A DNA stretch of 64,000 nt from Nemertoderma westbladi (taxonomy: Eukaryota; Animalia; Xenacoelomorpha): NCBI GenBank assembly GCA_032718475.1, contig JAUCBJ010003501.1:45812-109811 (forward strand), read 5' to 3'. The translations under genes and the position numbers were made by a program. Below the pieces are notes generated by a model that did no database searches, was not told the DNA's origin, and saw only the letters and a program-made list of their open reading frames with translations. This document shows, in pieces, positions 15,001 through 30,000 of this stretch; positions within the stretch are counted from its first letter, which is position 1, and each line of letters opens with the position of its first letter.

Positions 15001-18000
15001 TTTTTAGTGCCACACGAGCACAACACAAGTGATTGTGGTTTTAGTGCCACACGAGCACAACACAAGTGATTGTGTTTTTAGTGCCACACGAGCACAACAC
15101 AAGTGATTGTGTTTTTAGTGCCACACGAGCACAACACAAGTGATTGTGTTTTTAGTGCCCCACGTGCACAACACAAGTGATTGTGTTTTTAGTGCTCCAC
15201 GCGCCAACACAAGTGATTGTGTTTTTAGTGCAACACGAGCACAACACAAGTGATTGTGTTTTTACTGCCCCACGAGCACAACACAAGTGATTGTGTTTTA
15301 GTGCCACACGAGCACAACAGAAGTGATTGTATTTTTAGTGCGACACGAGCACAACACACGCCATTGTGTTTTTAGTGACACACGAGCAAAACACAAGTGA
15401 TTGTGTTTTTAGTACCCCACAAGCACAACACAAGTAATTGTGTTTTTAGTGCGACACGAGCACAACACAATTGATTGTGTTTTTAGTGCCCCACGAGCAC
15501 AACACAAGTGATTTTTTTTTTAGTGCCCCACGAGCACAACACAAGTGATTGTATTTTTAGTGCCCCACGAGCACAACACAAGTGATTGTGTTTTTAGTGC
15601 CACACGAGCACAGCACAAGTGGTTGTGTTTTTAGTGCAACACGAGCACAACACAAGTGATAGTGTTTTTAGTGCCACACGAGCACAGCACAAGTGGTTGT
15701 GTTTTTAGTGCAACACGAGCACAACACAAGTGATAGTGTTTTTAGTGCCACACGAGCACAGCACAAGTGATTGTGTTTTTAGTGCAACACGATCACAACA
15801 CAAGTGATTGTGTTTTTAGTGCCACACGAGCACAACACAAGTGATTGTGGTTTTAGTGCCACACGAGCACAACACAAGTGATTGTGTTTTTAGTGCCACA
15901 CGAGCACAACACAAGTGATTGTGTTTTTAGTGCCCCACGAGCACAACACAAGTTATTGTGTTTTTAGTGCCACACGAGCACAACACAAGTGATTGTGTTT
16001 TTAGTGCAACACGAGCACAACACAAGTGATAGTGTTTTTAGTGCCACACGAGCACAACACAAGTTATTGTGTTTTTAGTGCCACACGAGCACAACACAAG
16101 TGATTGTGTTTTTAGTGCCACACGAGCACAACACAAGTGATTGTGTTTTTAGTGCCCCACGAGCACAACACAAGTGATTGTGGTTTTAGTGCCACTCGAG
16201 CACAACCCAAGTGATTGTGTTTTTAGTGCCCCACGAGCACAACACAAGTGATTGTGTTTTTAGTGCCCCACAAGCCAACACAAGTGATTGTGTTTTTAGT
16301 GCAACTCGAGCACAACACAAGTGATGGAGTTTTTAGTGCCACACGAGCACAACACAAGTTAGTATGTTTTTAGTGCCACACGAGCACAACACAAGTGATT
16401 GTGTTTTTAGTGCAACACGATCACAACACAAGTGATTGTGTTTTTAGTGCCACACAAGCACAACACAAGTGATTGTGTTTTTAGTGCCACACGAGCACAA
16501 CACAAGTGATTGTGGTTTTAGTGCCACACGAGCACAACACAAGTGATTGTGTTTTTAGTGCCACACGAGCACAACACAAGTGATTGTGTTTTTAGTGCCC
16601 CACGAGCACAACACAATGATTGTGGTTTTAGTGCCACACGAGCACAACACAAGTGATTGTGTTTTTAGTGCCCCACGAGCACAACACAAGTGATTGTGTT
16701 TTTAGTGCTCCACGAGCCAACACAAGTGATTGTGTTTTTAGTGCAACACGAGCACAACACAAGTGATTGTGTTTTTACTGCCCCACGAGCACAACACAAG
16801 TGATTGTGTTTTAGTGCCACACGAGCACAACAGAAGTGATTGTATTTTTAGTGCGACACGAGCACAACACACGCCATTGTGTTTTTAGTGACACACGAGC
16901 AAAACACAAGTGATTGTGTTTTTAGTACCCCACAAGCACAACACAAGTAATTGTGTTTTTAGTGCGACACGAGCACAACACAATTGATTGTGTTTTTAGT
17001 GCCCCACGAGCACAACACAAGTGATTTTTTTTTTAGTGCCCCACGAGCACAACACAAGTGATTGTATTTTTAGTGCCACACGAGCACAGCACAACTGATT
17101 ATGTTTTTAGTGCGACACGAGCACAACACACGCCATTGTGTTTTTAGTGACACACGAGCAAAACACAAGTGATTGTGTTTTTAGTGCCACACGAGCACAA
17201 CACAAGTGATTGTATTTTTAGTGCCACACGAGCACAACACAAGTGATTGTGGTTTTAGTGCCACACGAGCACACAACACAAGTGATTGTGTTTTTAGTGC
17301 CACACGAGCACAACACAAGTGATTGTTGTTTTATTGCCACACGAGCACAACACAAGTGATTGTGTTTTTAGTGCCACACGAGCACAACACAAGTTATTGT
17401 GTTTTTAGTGCCCCACGAGCACAACACAAGTGATTGTGGTTTTAGTGCCACTCGAGCACAACACAAGTGATTGTGTTTTTAGTGCAACACGAGCACAACA
17501 CAAGTGATAGTGTTTTTAGTGCCACACGAGCACAGCACAAGTGGTTGTGTTTTTAGTGCAACACGAGCACAACACAAGTGATAGTGTTTTTAGTGCCACA
17601 CGAGCACAGCACAAGTGGTTGTGTTTTTAGTGCAACACGAGCACAACACAAGTGATAGTGTTTTTAGTGCCACACGAGCACAGCACAAGTGATTGTGTTT
17701 TTAGTGCAACACGATCACAACACAAGTGATTGTGTTTTTAGTGCCACACGAGCACAACACAAGTGATTGTGTTTTTAGTGCCACACGAGCACAACACAAG
17801 TGATTGTGGTTTTAGTGCCACACGAGCACAACACAAGTGATTGTGTTTTTAGTGCCACACGAGCACAACACAAGTGATTGTGTTTTTAGTGCCCCACGAG
17901 CACAACACAAGTTATTGTGTTTTTAGTGCCACACGAGCACAACACAAGTGATTGTGTTTTTAGTGCAACACGAGCACAACACAAGTGATAGTGTTTTTAG

Positions 18001-21000
18001 TGCCACACGAGCACAACACAAGTTATTGTGTTTTTAGTGCCACACGAGCACAACACAAGTGATTGTGTTTTTAGTGCCACACGAGCACAACACAAGTGAT
18101 TGTGTTTTTAGTGCCCCACGAGCACAACACAAGTGATTGTGGTTTTAGTGCCACTCGAGCACAACCCAAGTGATTGTGTTTTTAGTGCCCCACGAGCACA
18201 ACACAAGTGATTGTGTTTTTAGTGCCCCACGAGCACAACACAAGTGATTTTTTTTTAGTGCCCCACGAGCACAACACAAGTGATTGTATTTTTAGTGCCC
18301 CACGAGCACAACACAAGTGATTGTGTTTTTAGTGCCACACGAGCACAGCACAACTGATTATGTTTTTAGTGCGACACGAGCACAACACACGCCATTGTGT
18401 TTTTAGTGCCACACGAGCACAACACAAGTGATTGTGGTTTTTTTGTGCCACACGAGCACAACATAAGTGATTGTGTTTTAGTGCCTCACGAGAACAACAC
18501 AAGTGATTGTGTTTTTAGTGCCACACGAGCGCAACACAAGTGATTCTGTTTTAATGCGACACGAGCGCAACACAAGCGATTGTGTTTTTAGTGCCACACG
18601 AGCACAACACAAGTTATTGTGTTTTTAGTGCCACACGAGCACAACACAAGTGATTGTGTTTTTAGTGCAACACGAGCACAACACAAGTGATGGAGTTTTT
18701 AGTGCCACACGAGCACAACACAAGTTAGTATGTTTTTAGTGCCACACGAGCATAACACAAGTGATTGTGTTTTTAGTGCAACACGATCACAACACAAGTG
18801 ATTGCGTTTTTAGTGCCACACGAGCACAACACAAGTGATTGTGTTTTTAGTGCCACACGAGCACAACACAAGTGATTGTGGTTTTAGTGCCACACGAGCA
18901 CAACACAAGTGATTGTGTTTTTAGTGCCACACGAGCACAACACAAGTGATTGTGTTTTTAGTGCCCCACGAGCACAACACAATGATTGTGGTTTTAGTGC
19001 CACACGAGCACAACACAAGTGATTGTGTTTTTAGTGCCCCACGAGCACAACACAAGTGATTGTGTTTTTAGTGCTCCACGAGCCAACACAAGTGATTGTG
19101 TTTTTAGTGCAACACGAGCACAACACAAGTGATTGTGTTTTTACTGCCCCACGAGCACAACACAAGTGATTGTGTTTTAGTGCCACACGAGCACAACAGA
19201 AGTGATTGTATTTTTAGTGCGACACGAGCACAACACACGCCATTGTGTTTTTAGTGACACACGAGCAAAACACAAGTGATTGTGTTTTTAGTACCCCACA
19301 AGCACAACACAAGTAATTGTGTTTTTAGTGCGACACGAGCACAACACAATTGATTGTGTTTTTAGTGCCCCACGAGCACAACACAAGTGATTTTTTTTTT
19401 AGTGCCCCACGAGCACAACACAAGTGATTGTATTTTTAGTGCCCCACGAGCACAACACAAGTGATTGTGTTTTTAGTGCCACACGAGCACAGCACAACTG
19501 ATTATGTTTTTAGTGCGACACGAGCACAACACACGCCATTGTGTTTTTAGTGACACACGAGCAAAACACAAGTGATTGTGTTTTTAGTACCCCACAAGCA
19601 CAACACAAGTAATTGTGTTTTTAGTGCGACACGAGCACAACACAATTGATTGTGTTTTTAGTGCCCCACGAGCACAACACAAGTGATTTTTTTTTTAGTG
19701 CCCCACGAGCACAACACAAGTGTTTGTGTTTTTAGTGCCCCATCAGCACAACACAAGTGATTGTGTTTTTAGTGCCACACGAGCACAGCACAACTGATTG
19801 TGTTTTTAGTGCGACACGAGCACAACACAAGTGATTGTGTTTTTAGTGCCCCACGAGCCAACACAAGTGATTGTGTTTTTAGTGCGACACGAGCACAACA
19901 CAAGCGATTGTGGTTTTAGTGCCACACGAGCAAAACACAAGTGATTGTGTTTTTAGTACCCCACGAGCACAACACAAGTAATTGTGTTTTTAGTGCGACA
20001 CGAGCACAACACAAGTGATTGTGTTTTTAGTGCCCCACGAGCACAACACAAGTGATTGTGTTTTAAGTGCCCCACGAGCACAAAACAAGTGATTGTGTTT
20101 TTAGTGCCACACGAGCACAACACACAACACAACTGATTGTGTTTTTAATACCACACGAGCACAACACAAGTGATTGTGTTTTTAGTGCCCCACGAGCACA
20201 ACACAAGTGATTGTGTTTTTAGTGCCACACGAGCGCAACCCAAGTGATTGTGTTTTTAGTGCCCCACGAGCACAACACAACTGATTGTGTTTTTAGTGCC
20301 ACACGAGCACAACACAAGTGATTGTGTTTTTAGTGCCACACGAGCACAACACAAGCGATTGTGTTTTTAGTGCCCCACGTGCACAACACAAGTGATTGTG
20401 GTTTTAGTGCCACATGAGCACAACACAAGTGATTGTGTTTTTAGTGCCCCACGAGCACAACACAAGTTATTGTGTTTTTAGTGCCACACGAGCACAACAC
20501 AAGTGATTGTGTTTTTAGTGCAACACGAGCACAACACAAGTGATAGTGTTTTTAGTGCCACACGAGCACAACACAAGTTATTGTGTTTTTAGTGCCACAC
20601 GAGCACAACACAAGTGATTGTGTTTTTAGTGCCACACGAGCACAACACAAGTTATTGTGTTTTTAGTGCCACACGAGCACAACACAAGTGATTGTGTTTT
20701 TAGTGCCACACGAGCACAACACAAGTGATTGTGTTTTTAGTGCCCCACGAGCACAACACAAGTGATTGTGGTTTTAGTGCCACTCGAGCACAACCCAAGT
20801 GATTGTGTTTTTAGTGCCCCACGAGCACAACACAAGTGATTGTGTTTTTAGTGCCCCACAAGCCAACACAAGTGATTGTGTTTTTAGTGCAACACGAGCA
20901 CAACACAAGTGATGGAGTTTTTAGTGCCACACGAGCACAACACAAGTTAGTATGTTTTTAGTGCCACACGAGCACAACACAAGTGATTGTGTTTTTAGTG

Positions 21001-24000
21001 CAACACGATCACAACACAAGTGATTGTGTTTTTAGTGCCACACAAGCACAACACAAGTGATTGTGTTTTTAGTGCCACACGAGCACAACACAAGTGATTG
21101 TGGTTTTAGTGCCACACGAGCACAACACAAGTGATTGTGTTTTTAGTGCCACACGAGCACAACACAAGTGATTGTGTTTTTAGTGCCCCACGAGCACAAC
21201 ACAATGATTGTGGTTTTAGTGCCACACGAGCACAACACAAGTGATTGTGTTTTTAGTGCCCCACGAGCACAACACAAGTGATTGTGTTTTTAGTGCTCCA
21301 CGAGCCAACACAAGTGATTGTGTTTTTAGTGCAACACGAGCACAACACAAGTGATTGTGTTTTTACTGCCCCACGAGCACAACACAAGTGATTGTGTTTT
21401 AGTGCCACACGAGCACAACAGAAGTGATTGTATTTTTAGTGCGACACGAGCACAACACACGCCATTGTGTTTTTAGTGACACACGAGCAAAACACAAGTG
21501 ATTGTGTTTTTAGTACCCCACAAGCACAACACAAGTAATTGTGTTTTTAGTGCGACACGAGCACAACACAATTGATTGTGTTTTTAGTGCCCCACGAGCA
21601 CAACACAAGTGATTTTTTTTTTAGTGCCCCACGAGCACAACACAAGTGATTGTATTTTTAGTGCCCCACGAGCACAACACAAGTGATTGTGTTTTTAGTG
21701 CCACACGAGCACAGCACAACTGATTATGTTTTTAGTGCGACACGAGCACAACACACGCCATTGTGTTTTTAGTGACACACGAGCAAAACACAAGTGATTG
21801 TGTTTTTAGTACCCCACAAGCACAACACAAGTAATTGTGTTTTTAGTGCGACACGAGCACAACACAATTGATTGTGTTTTTAGTGCCCCACGAGCACAAC
21901 ACAAGTGATTTTTTTTTTAGTGCCCCACGAGCACAACACAAGTGTTTGTGTTTTTAGTGCCCCATCAGCACAACACAAGTGATTGTGTTTTTAGTGCCAC
22001 ACGAGCACAGCACAACTGATTGTGTTTTTAGTGCGACACGAGCACAACACAAGTGATTGTGTTTTTAGTGCCCCACGAGCCAACACAAGTGATTGTGTTT
22101 TTAGTGCGACACGAGCACAACACAAGCGATTGTGGTTTTAGTGCCACACGAGCAAAACACAAGTGATTGTGTTTTTAGTACCCCACGAGCACAACACAAG
22201 TAATTGTGTTTTTAGTGCGACACGAGCACAACACAAGTGATTGTGTTTTTAGTGCCCCACGAGCACAACACAAGTGATTGTGTTTTAAGTGCCCCACGAG
22301 CACAACACAAGTGATTGTGTTTTTAGTGCCACACGAGCACAACACACAACACAACTGATTGTGTTTTTAATACCACACGAGCACAACACAAGTGATTGTG
22401 TTTTTAGTGCCCCACGAGCACAACACAAGTGATTGTGTTTTTAGTGCCACACGAGCGCAACACAAGTGATTGTGTTTTTAGTGCCCCACGAGCACAACAC
22501 AAGTGATAGTGTTTTTAGTGCCACACGAGCACAGCACAAGTGATTGTGTTTTTAGTGCCACACGAGCACAACACAAGCGATTGTGTTTTTAGTGCCCCAC
22601 GTGCACAACACAAGTGATTGTGGTTTTAGTGCCACATGAGCACAACACAAGTGATTGTGTTTTTAGTGCCCCACGAGCACAACACAAGTTATTGTGTTTT
22701 TAGTGCCACACGAGCACAACACAAGTGATTGTGTTTTTAGTGCAACACGAGCACAACACAAGTGATAGTGTTTTTAGTGCCACACGAGCACAACACAAGT
22801 TATTGTGTTTTTAGTGCCACACGAGCACAACACAAGTGATTGTGTTTTTAGTGCCCCACGAGCACAACACAAGTGATTGTGTTTTTAGTGCCCCACAAGC
22901 CAACACAAGTGATTGTGTTTTTAGTGCAACACGAGCACAACACAAGTGATGGAGTTTTTAGTGCCACACGAGCACAACACAAGTTAGTATGTTTTTAGTG
23001 CCACACGAGCACAACACAAGTGATTGTGTTTTTAGTGCAACACGATCACAACACAAGTGATTGTGTTTTTAGTGCCACACAAGCACAACACAAGTGATTG
23101 TGTTTTTAGTGCCACACGAGCACAACACAAGTGATTGTGGTTTTAGTGCCACACGAGCACAACACAAGTGATTGTGTTTTTAGTGCCACACGAGCACAAC
23201 ACAAGTGATTGTGTTTTTAGTGCCCCACGAGCACAACACAATGATTGTGGTTTTAGTGCCACACGAGCACAACACAAGTGATTGTGTTTTTAGTGCCCCA
23301 CGAGTACAACACAAGTGATTGTGTTTTTAGTGCTCCACGAGCCAACACAAGTGATTGTGTTTTTAGTGCAACACGAGCACAACACAAGTGATTGTGTTTT
23401 TACTGCCCCACGAGCACAACACAAGTGATTGTGTTTTAGTGCCACACGAGCACAACAGAAGTGATTGTATTTTTAGTGCGACACGAGCACAACACACGCC
23501 ATTGTGTTTTTAGTGACACACGAGCAAAACACAAGTGATTGTGTTTTTAGTACCCCACAAGCACAACACAAGTAATTGTGTTTTTAGTGCGACACGAGCA
23601 CAACACAATTGATTGTGTTTTTAGTGCCCCACGAGCACAACACAAGTGATTTTTTTTTTAGTGCCCCACGAGCACAACACAAGTGATTGTATTTTTAGTG
23701 CCCCACGAGCACAACACAAGTGATTGTGTTTTTAGTGCCACACGAGCACAGCACAACTGATTATGTTTTTAGTGCGACACGAGCACAACACACGCCATTG
23801 TGTTTTTAGTGACACACGAGCAAAACACAAGTGATTGTGTTTTTAGTGCCACACGAGCACAACACAAGTGATTGTATTTTTAGTGCCACACGAGCACAAC
23901 ACAAGTGATTGTGGTTTTAGTGCCACACGAGCACACAACACAAGTTATTGTGTTTTTAGTGCCACACGAGCACAACACAAGTGATTGTTGTTTTATTGCC

Positions 24001-27000
24001 ACACGAGCACAACACAAGTGATTGTGTTTTTAGTGCCACACGAGCACAACACAAGTTATTGTGTTTTTAGTGCCCCACGAGCACAACACAAGTGATTGTG
24101 GTTTTAGTGCCACTCGAGCACAACACAAGTGATTGTGTTTTTAGTGCAACACGAGCACAACACAAGTGATAGTGTTTTTAGTGCCACACGAGCACAGCAC
24201 AAGTGGTTGTGTTTTTAGTGCCACACGAGCACAACACAAGCGATTGTGTTTTTAGTGCCCCACGTGCACAACACAAGTGATTCTGGTTTTAGTGCCACAT
24301 GAGCACAACACAAGTGATTGTGTTTTTAGTGCCCCACGAGCACAACACAAGTTATTGTGTTTTTAGTGCCACACGAGCACAACACAAGTGATTGTGTTTT
24401 TAGTGCAACACGAGCACAACACAAGTGATAGTGTTTTTAGTGCCACACGAGCACAACACAAGTTATTGTGTTTTTAGTGCCACACGAGCACAACACAAGT
24501 GATTGTGTTTTTAGTGCCACACGAGCATAACACAAGTTATTGTGTTTTTAGTGCCACACGAGCACAACACAAGTGATTGTGTTTTTAGTGCCACACGAGC
24601 ACAACACAAGTGATTGTGTTTTTAGTGCCCCACGAGCACAACACAAGTGATTGTGGTTTTAGTGCCACTCGAGCACAACCCAAGTGATTGTGTTTTTAGT
24701 GCCCCACGAGCACAACACAAGTGATTGTGTTTTTAGTGCCCCACAAGCCAACACAAGTGATTGTGTTTTTAGTGCAACACGAGCACAACACAAGTGATGG
24801 AGTTTTTAGTGCCACACGAGCACAACACAAGTTAGTATGTTTTTAGTGCCACACGAGCACAACACAAGTGATTGTGTTTTTAGTGCAACACGATCACAAC
24901 ACAAGTGATTGTGTTTTTAGTGCCACACAAGCACAACACAAGTGATTGTGTTTTTAGTGCCACACGAGCACAACACAAGTGATTGTGGTTTTAGTGCCAC
25001 ACGAGCACAACACAAGTGATTGTGTTTTTAGTGCCACACGAGCACAACACAAGTGATTGTGTTTTTAGTGCCCCACGAGCACAACACAATGATTGTGGTT
25101 TTAGTGCCACACGAGCACAACACAAGTGATTGTGTTTTTAGTGCCCCACGAGCACAACACAAGTGATTGTGTTTTTAGTGCTCCACGAGCCAACACAAGT
25201 GATTGTGTTTTTAGTGCAACACGAGCACAACACAAGTGATTGTGTTTTTACTGCCCCACGAGCACAACACAAGTGATTGTGTTTTAGTGCCACACGAGCA
25301 CAACAGAAGTGATTGTATTTTTAGTGCGACACGAGCACAACACACGCCATTGTGTTTTTAGTGACACACGAGCAAAACACAAGTGATTGTGTTTTTAGTA
25401 CCCCACAAGCACAACACAAGTAATTGTGTTTTTAGTGCGACACGAGCACAACACAATTGATTGTGTTTTTAGTGCCCCACGAGCACAACACAAGTGATTT
25501 TTTTTTAGTGCCCCACGAGCACAACACAAGTGATTGTATTTTTAGTGCCCCACGAGCACAACACAAGTGATTGTGTTTTTAGTGCCACACGAGCACAGCA
25601 CAACTGATTATGTTTTTAGTGCGACACGAGCACAACACACGCCATTGTGTTTTTAGTGACACACGAGCAAAACACAAGTGATTGTGTTTTTAGTGCCACA
25701 CGAGCACAACACAAGTGATTGTATTTTTAGTGCCACACGAGCACAACACAAGTGATTGTGTTTTTAGTGCCACACGAGCACAACACAAGTGATTGTGGTT
25801 TTAGTGCCACACGAGCACAACACAAGTGATTGTGTTTTTAGTGCCACACGAGCACAACACAAGTGATTGTGTTTTTAGTGCCACACGAGCACAACACAAG
25901 TGATTGTGTTTTTAGTGCCCCACGTGCACAACACAAGTGATTGTGTTTTTAGTGCTCCACGAGCCAACACAAGTGATTGTGTTTTTAGTGCAACACGAGC
26001 ACAACACAAGTGATTGTGTTTTTACTGCCCCACGAGCACAACACAAGTGATTGTGTTTTAGTGCCACACGAGCACAACAGAAGTGATTGTATTTTTAGTG
26101 CGACACGAGCACAACACACGCCATTGTGTTTTTAGTGACACACGAGCAAAACACAAGTGATTGTGTTTTTAGTACCCCACAAGCACAACACAAGTAATTG
26201 TGTTTTTAGTGCGACACGAGCACAACACAATTGATTGTGTTTTTAGTGCCCCACGCGCACAACACAAGTGATTTTTTTTTTAGTGCCCCACGAGCACAAC
26301 ACAAGTGATTGTATTTTTAGTGCCACACGAGCACAGCACAAGTGGTTGTGTTTTTAGTGCAACACGAGCACAACACAAGTGATAGTGTTTTTAGTGCCAC
26401 ACGAGCACAGCACAAGTGGTTGTGTTTTTAGTGCAACACGAGCACAACACAAGTGATAGTGTTTTTAGTGCCACACGAGCACAGCACAAGTGATTGTGTT
26501 TTTAGTGCAACACGATCACAACACAAGTGATTGTGTTTTTAGTGCCACACGAGCACAACACAAGTGATTGTGGTTTTAGTGCCACACGAGCACAACACAA
26601 GTGATTGTGTTTTTAGTGCCACACGAGCACAACACAAGTGATTGTGTTTTTAGTGCCCCACGAGCACAACACAAGTTATTGTGTTTTTAGTGCCACACGA
26701 GCACAACACAAGTGATTGTGTTTTTAGTGCAACACGAGCACAACACAAGTGATAGTGTTTTTAGTGCCACACGAGCACAACACAAGTTATTGTGTTTTTA
26801 GTGCCACACGAGCACAACACAAGTGATTGTGTTTTTAGTGCCACACGAGCACAACACAAGTGATTGTGTTTTTAGTGCCCCACGAGCACAACACAAGTGA
26901 TTGTGGTTTTAGTGCCACTCGAGCACAACCCAAGTGATTGTGTTTTTAGTGCCCCACGAGCACAACACAAGTGATTGTGTTTTTAGTGCCCCACAAGCCA

Positions 27001-30000
27001 ACACAAGTGATTGTGTTTTTAGTGCAACTCGAGCACAACACAAGTGATGGAGTTTTTAGTGCCACACGAGCACAACACAAGTTAGTATGTTTTTAGTGCC
27101 ACACGAGCACAACACAAGTGATTGTGTTTTTAGTGCAACACGATCACAACACAAGTGATTGTGTTTTTAGTGCCACACAAGCACAACACAAGTGATTGTG
27201 TTTTTAGTGCCACACGAGCACAACACAAGTGATTGTGGTTTTAGTGCCACACGAGCACAACACAAGTGATTGTGTTTTTAGTGCCACACGAGCACAACAC
27301 AAGTGATTGTGTTTTTAGTGCCCCACGAGCACAACACAATGATTGTGGTTTTAGTGCCACACGAGCACAACACAAGTGATTGTGTTTTTAGTGCCCCACG
27401 AGCACAACACAAGTGATTGTGTTTTTAGTGCTCCACGAGCCAACACAAGTGATTGTGTTTTTAGCGCAACACGAGCACAACACAAGTGATTGTGTTTTTA
27501 CTGCCCCACGAGCACAACACAAGTGATTGTGTTTTAGTGCCACACGAGCACAACAGAAGTGATTGTATTTTTAGTGCGACACGAGCACAACACACGCCAT
27601 TGTGTTTTTAGTGACACACGAGCAAAACACAAGTGATTGTGTTTTTAGTACCCCACAAGCACAACACAAGTAATTGTGTTTTTAGTGCGACACGAGCACA
27701 ACACAATTGATTGTGTTTTTAGTGCCCCACGAGCACAACACAAGTGATTTTTTTTTAGTGCCCCACGAGCACAACACAAGTGATTGTATTTTTAGTGCCC
27801 CACGAGCACAACACAAGTGATTGTGTTTTTAGTGCCACACGAGCACAGCACAACTGATTATGTTTTTAGTGCGACACGAGCACAACACATGCATTGTGTT
27901 TTTAGTGACACACGAGCAAAACACAAGTGATTGTGTTTTTAGTGCCACACGAGCACAACACAAGTGATTGTATTTTTAGTGCCACACGAGCACAACACAA
28001 GTGATTGTGGTTTTAGTGCCACACGAGCACACAACACAAGTGATTGTGTTTTTAGTGCCACACGAGCACAACACAAGTGATTGTTGTTTTATTGCCACAC
28101 GAGCACAACACAAGTGATTGTGTTTTTAGTGCCACACGAGCACAACACAAGTTATTGTGTTTTTAGTGCCCCACGAGCACAACACAAGTGATTGTGGTTT
28201 TAGTGCCACTCGAGCACAACACAAGTGATTGTGTTTTTAGTGCAACACGAGCACAACACAAGTGATAGTGTTTTTAGTGCCACACGAGCACAGCACAAGT
28301 GGTTGTGTTTTTAGTGCAACACGAGCACAACACAAGTGATAGTGTTTTTAGTGCCACACGAGCACAGCACAAGTGGTTGTGTTTTTAGTGCAACACGAGC
28401 ACAACACAAGTGATAGTGTTTTTAGTGCCACACGAGCACAGCACAAGTGATTGTGTTTTTAGTGCAACACGATCACAACACAAGTGATTGTGTTTTTAGT
28501 GCCACACGAGCACAACACAAGTGATTGTGTTTTTAGTGCCACACGAGCACAACACAAGTGATTGTGGTTTTAGTGCCACACGAGCACAACACAAGTGATT
28601 GTGTTTTTAGTGCCACACGAGCACAACACAAGTGATTGTGTTTTTAGTGCCCCACGAGCACAACACAAGTTATTGTGTTTTTAGTGCCACACGAGCACAA
28701 CACAAGTGATTGTGTTTTTAGTTCAACACGAGCACAACACAAGTGATAGTGTTTTTAGTGCCACACGAGCACAACACAAGTTATTGTGTTTTTAGTGCCA
28801 CACGAGCACAACACAAGTGATTGTGTTTTTAGTGCCACACGAGCACAACACAAGTGATTGTGTTTTTAGTGCCCCACGAGCACAACACAAGTGATTGTGG
28901 TTTTAGTGCCACTCGAGCACAACCCAAGTGATTGTGTTTTTAGTGCCCCACGAGCACAACACAAGTGATTGTGTTTTTAGTGCCCCACAAGCCAACACAA
29001 GTGATTGTGTTTTTAGTGCAACACAAGCACAACACCAGTGATTGTGTTTTTAGTGCCCCACGAGCACAACACAAGTGATTGTTTTTTTAGTGCCACACGA
29101 GCACAACATAAGTGATTGTGTTTTAGTGCCTCACGAGAACAACACAAGTGATTGTGTTTTTAGTGCCACACGAGCGCAACACAAGTGATTCTGTTTTAAT
29201 GCGACACGAGCGCAACACAAGCGATTGTGTTTTTAGTGCCACACGAGCACAACACAAGTGATTGTGGTTTTAGTGCCACACGAGCACAACACAAGTGATT
29301 GTGTTTTTAGTGCCACACGAGCACAACACAAGTGATTGTGTTTTTAGTGCCCCACGAGCACAACACAATGATTGTGGTTTTAGTGCCACACGAGCACAAC
29401 ACAAGTGATTGTGTTTTTAGTGCCCCACGAGCACAACACAAGTGATTGTGTTTTTAGTGCTCCACGAGCCAACACAAGTGATTGTGTTTTTAGTGCAACA
29501 CGAGCACAACACAAGTGATTGTGTTTTTACTGCCCCACGAGCACAACACAAGTGATTGTGTTTTAGTGCCACACGAGCACAACAGAAGTGATTGTATTTT
29601 TAGTGCGACACGAGCACAACACACGCCATTGTGTTTTTAGTGACACACGAGCAAAACACAAGTGATTGTGTTTTTAGTACCCCACAAGCACAACACAAGT
29701 AATTGTGTTTTTAGTGCCACACGAGCACAGCACAAGTGATTGTGTTTTTAGTGCAACACGATCACAACACAAGTGATTGTGTTTTTAGTGCCACACGAGC
29801 ACAACACAAGTGATTGTGTTTTTAGTGCCACACGAGCACAACACAAGTGATTGTGGTTTTAGTGCCACACGAGCACAACACAAGTGATTGTGTTTTTAGT
29901 GCCACACGAGCACAACACAAGTGATTGTGTTTTTAGTGCCCCACGAGCACAACACAAGTTATTGTGTTTTTAGTGCCACACGAGCACAACACAAGTGATT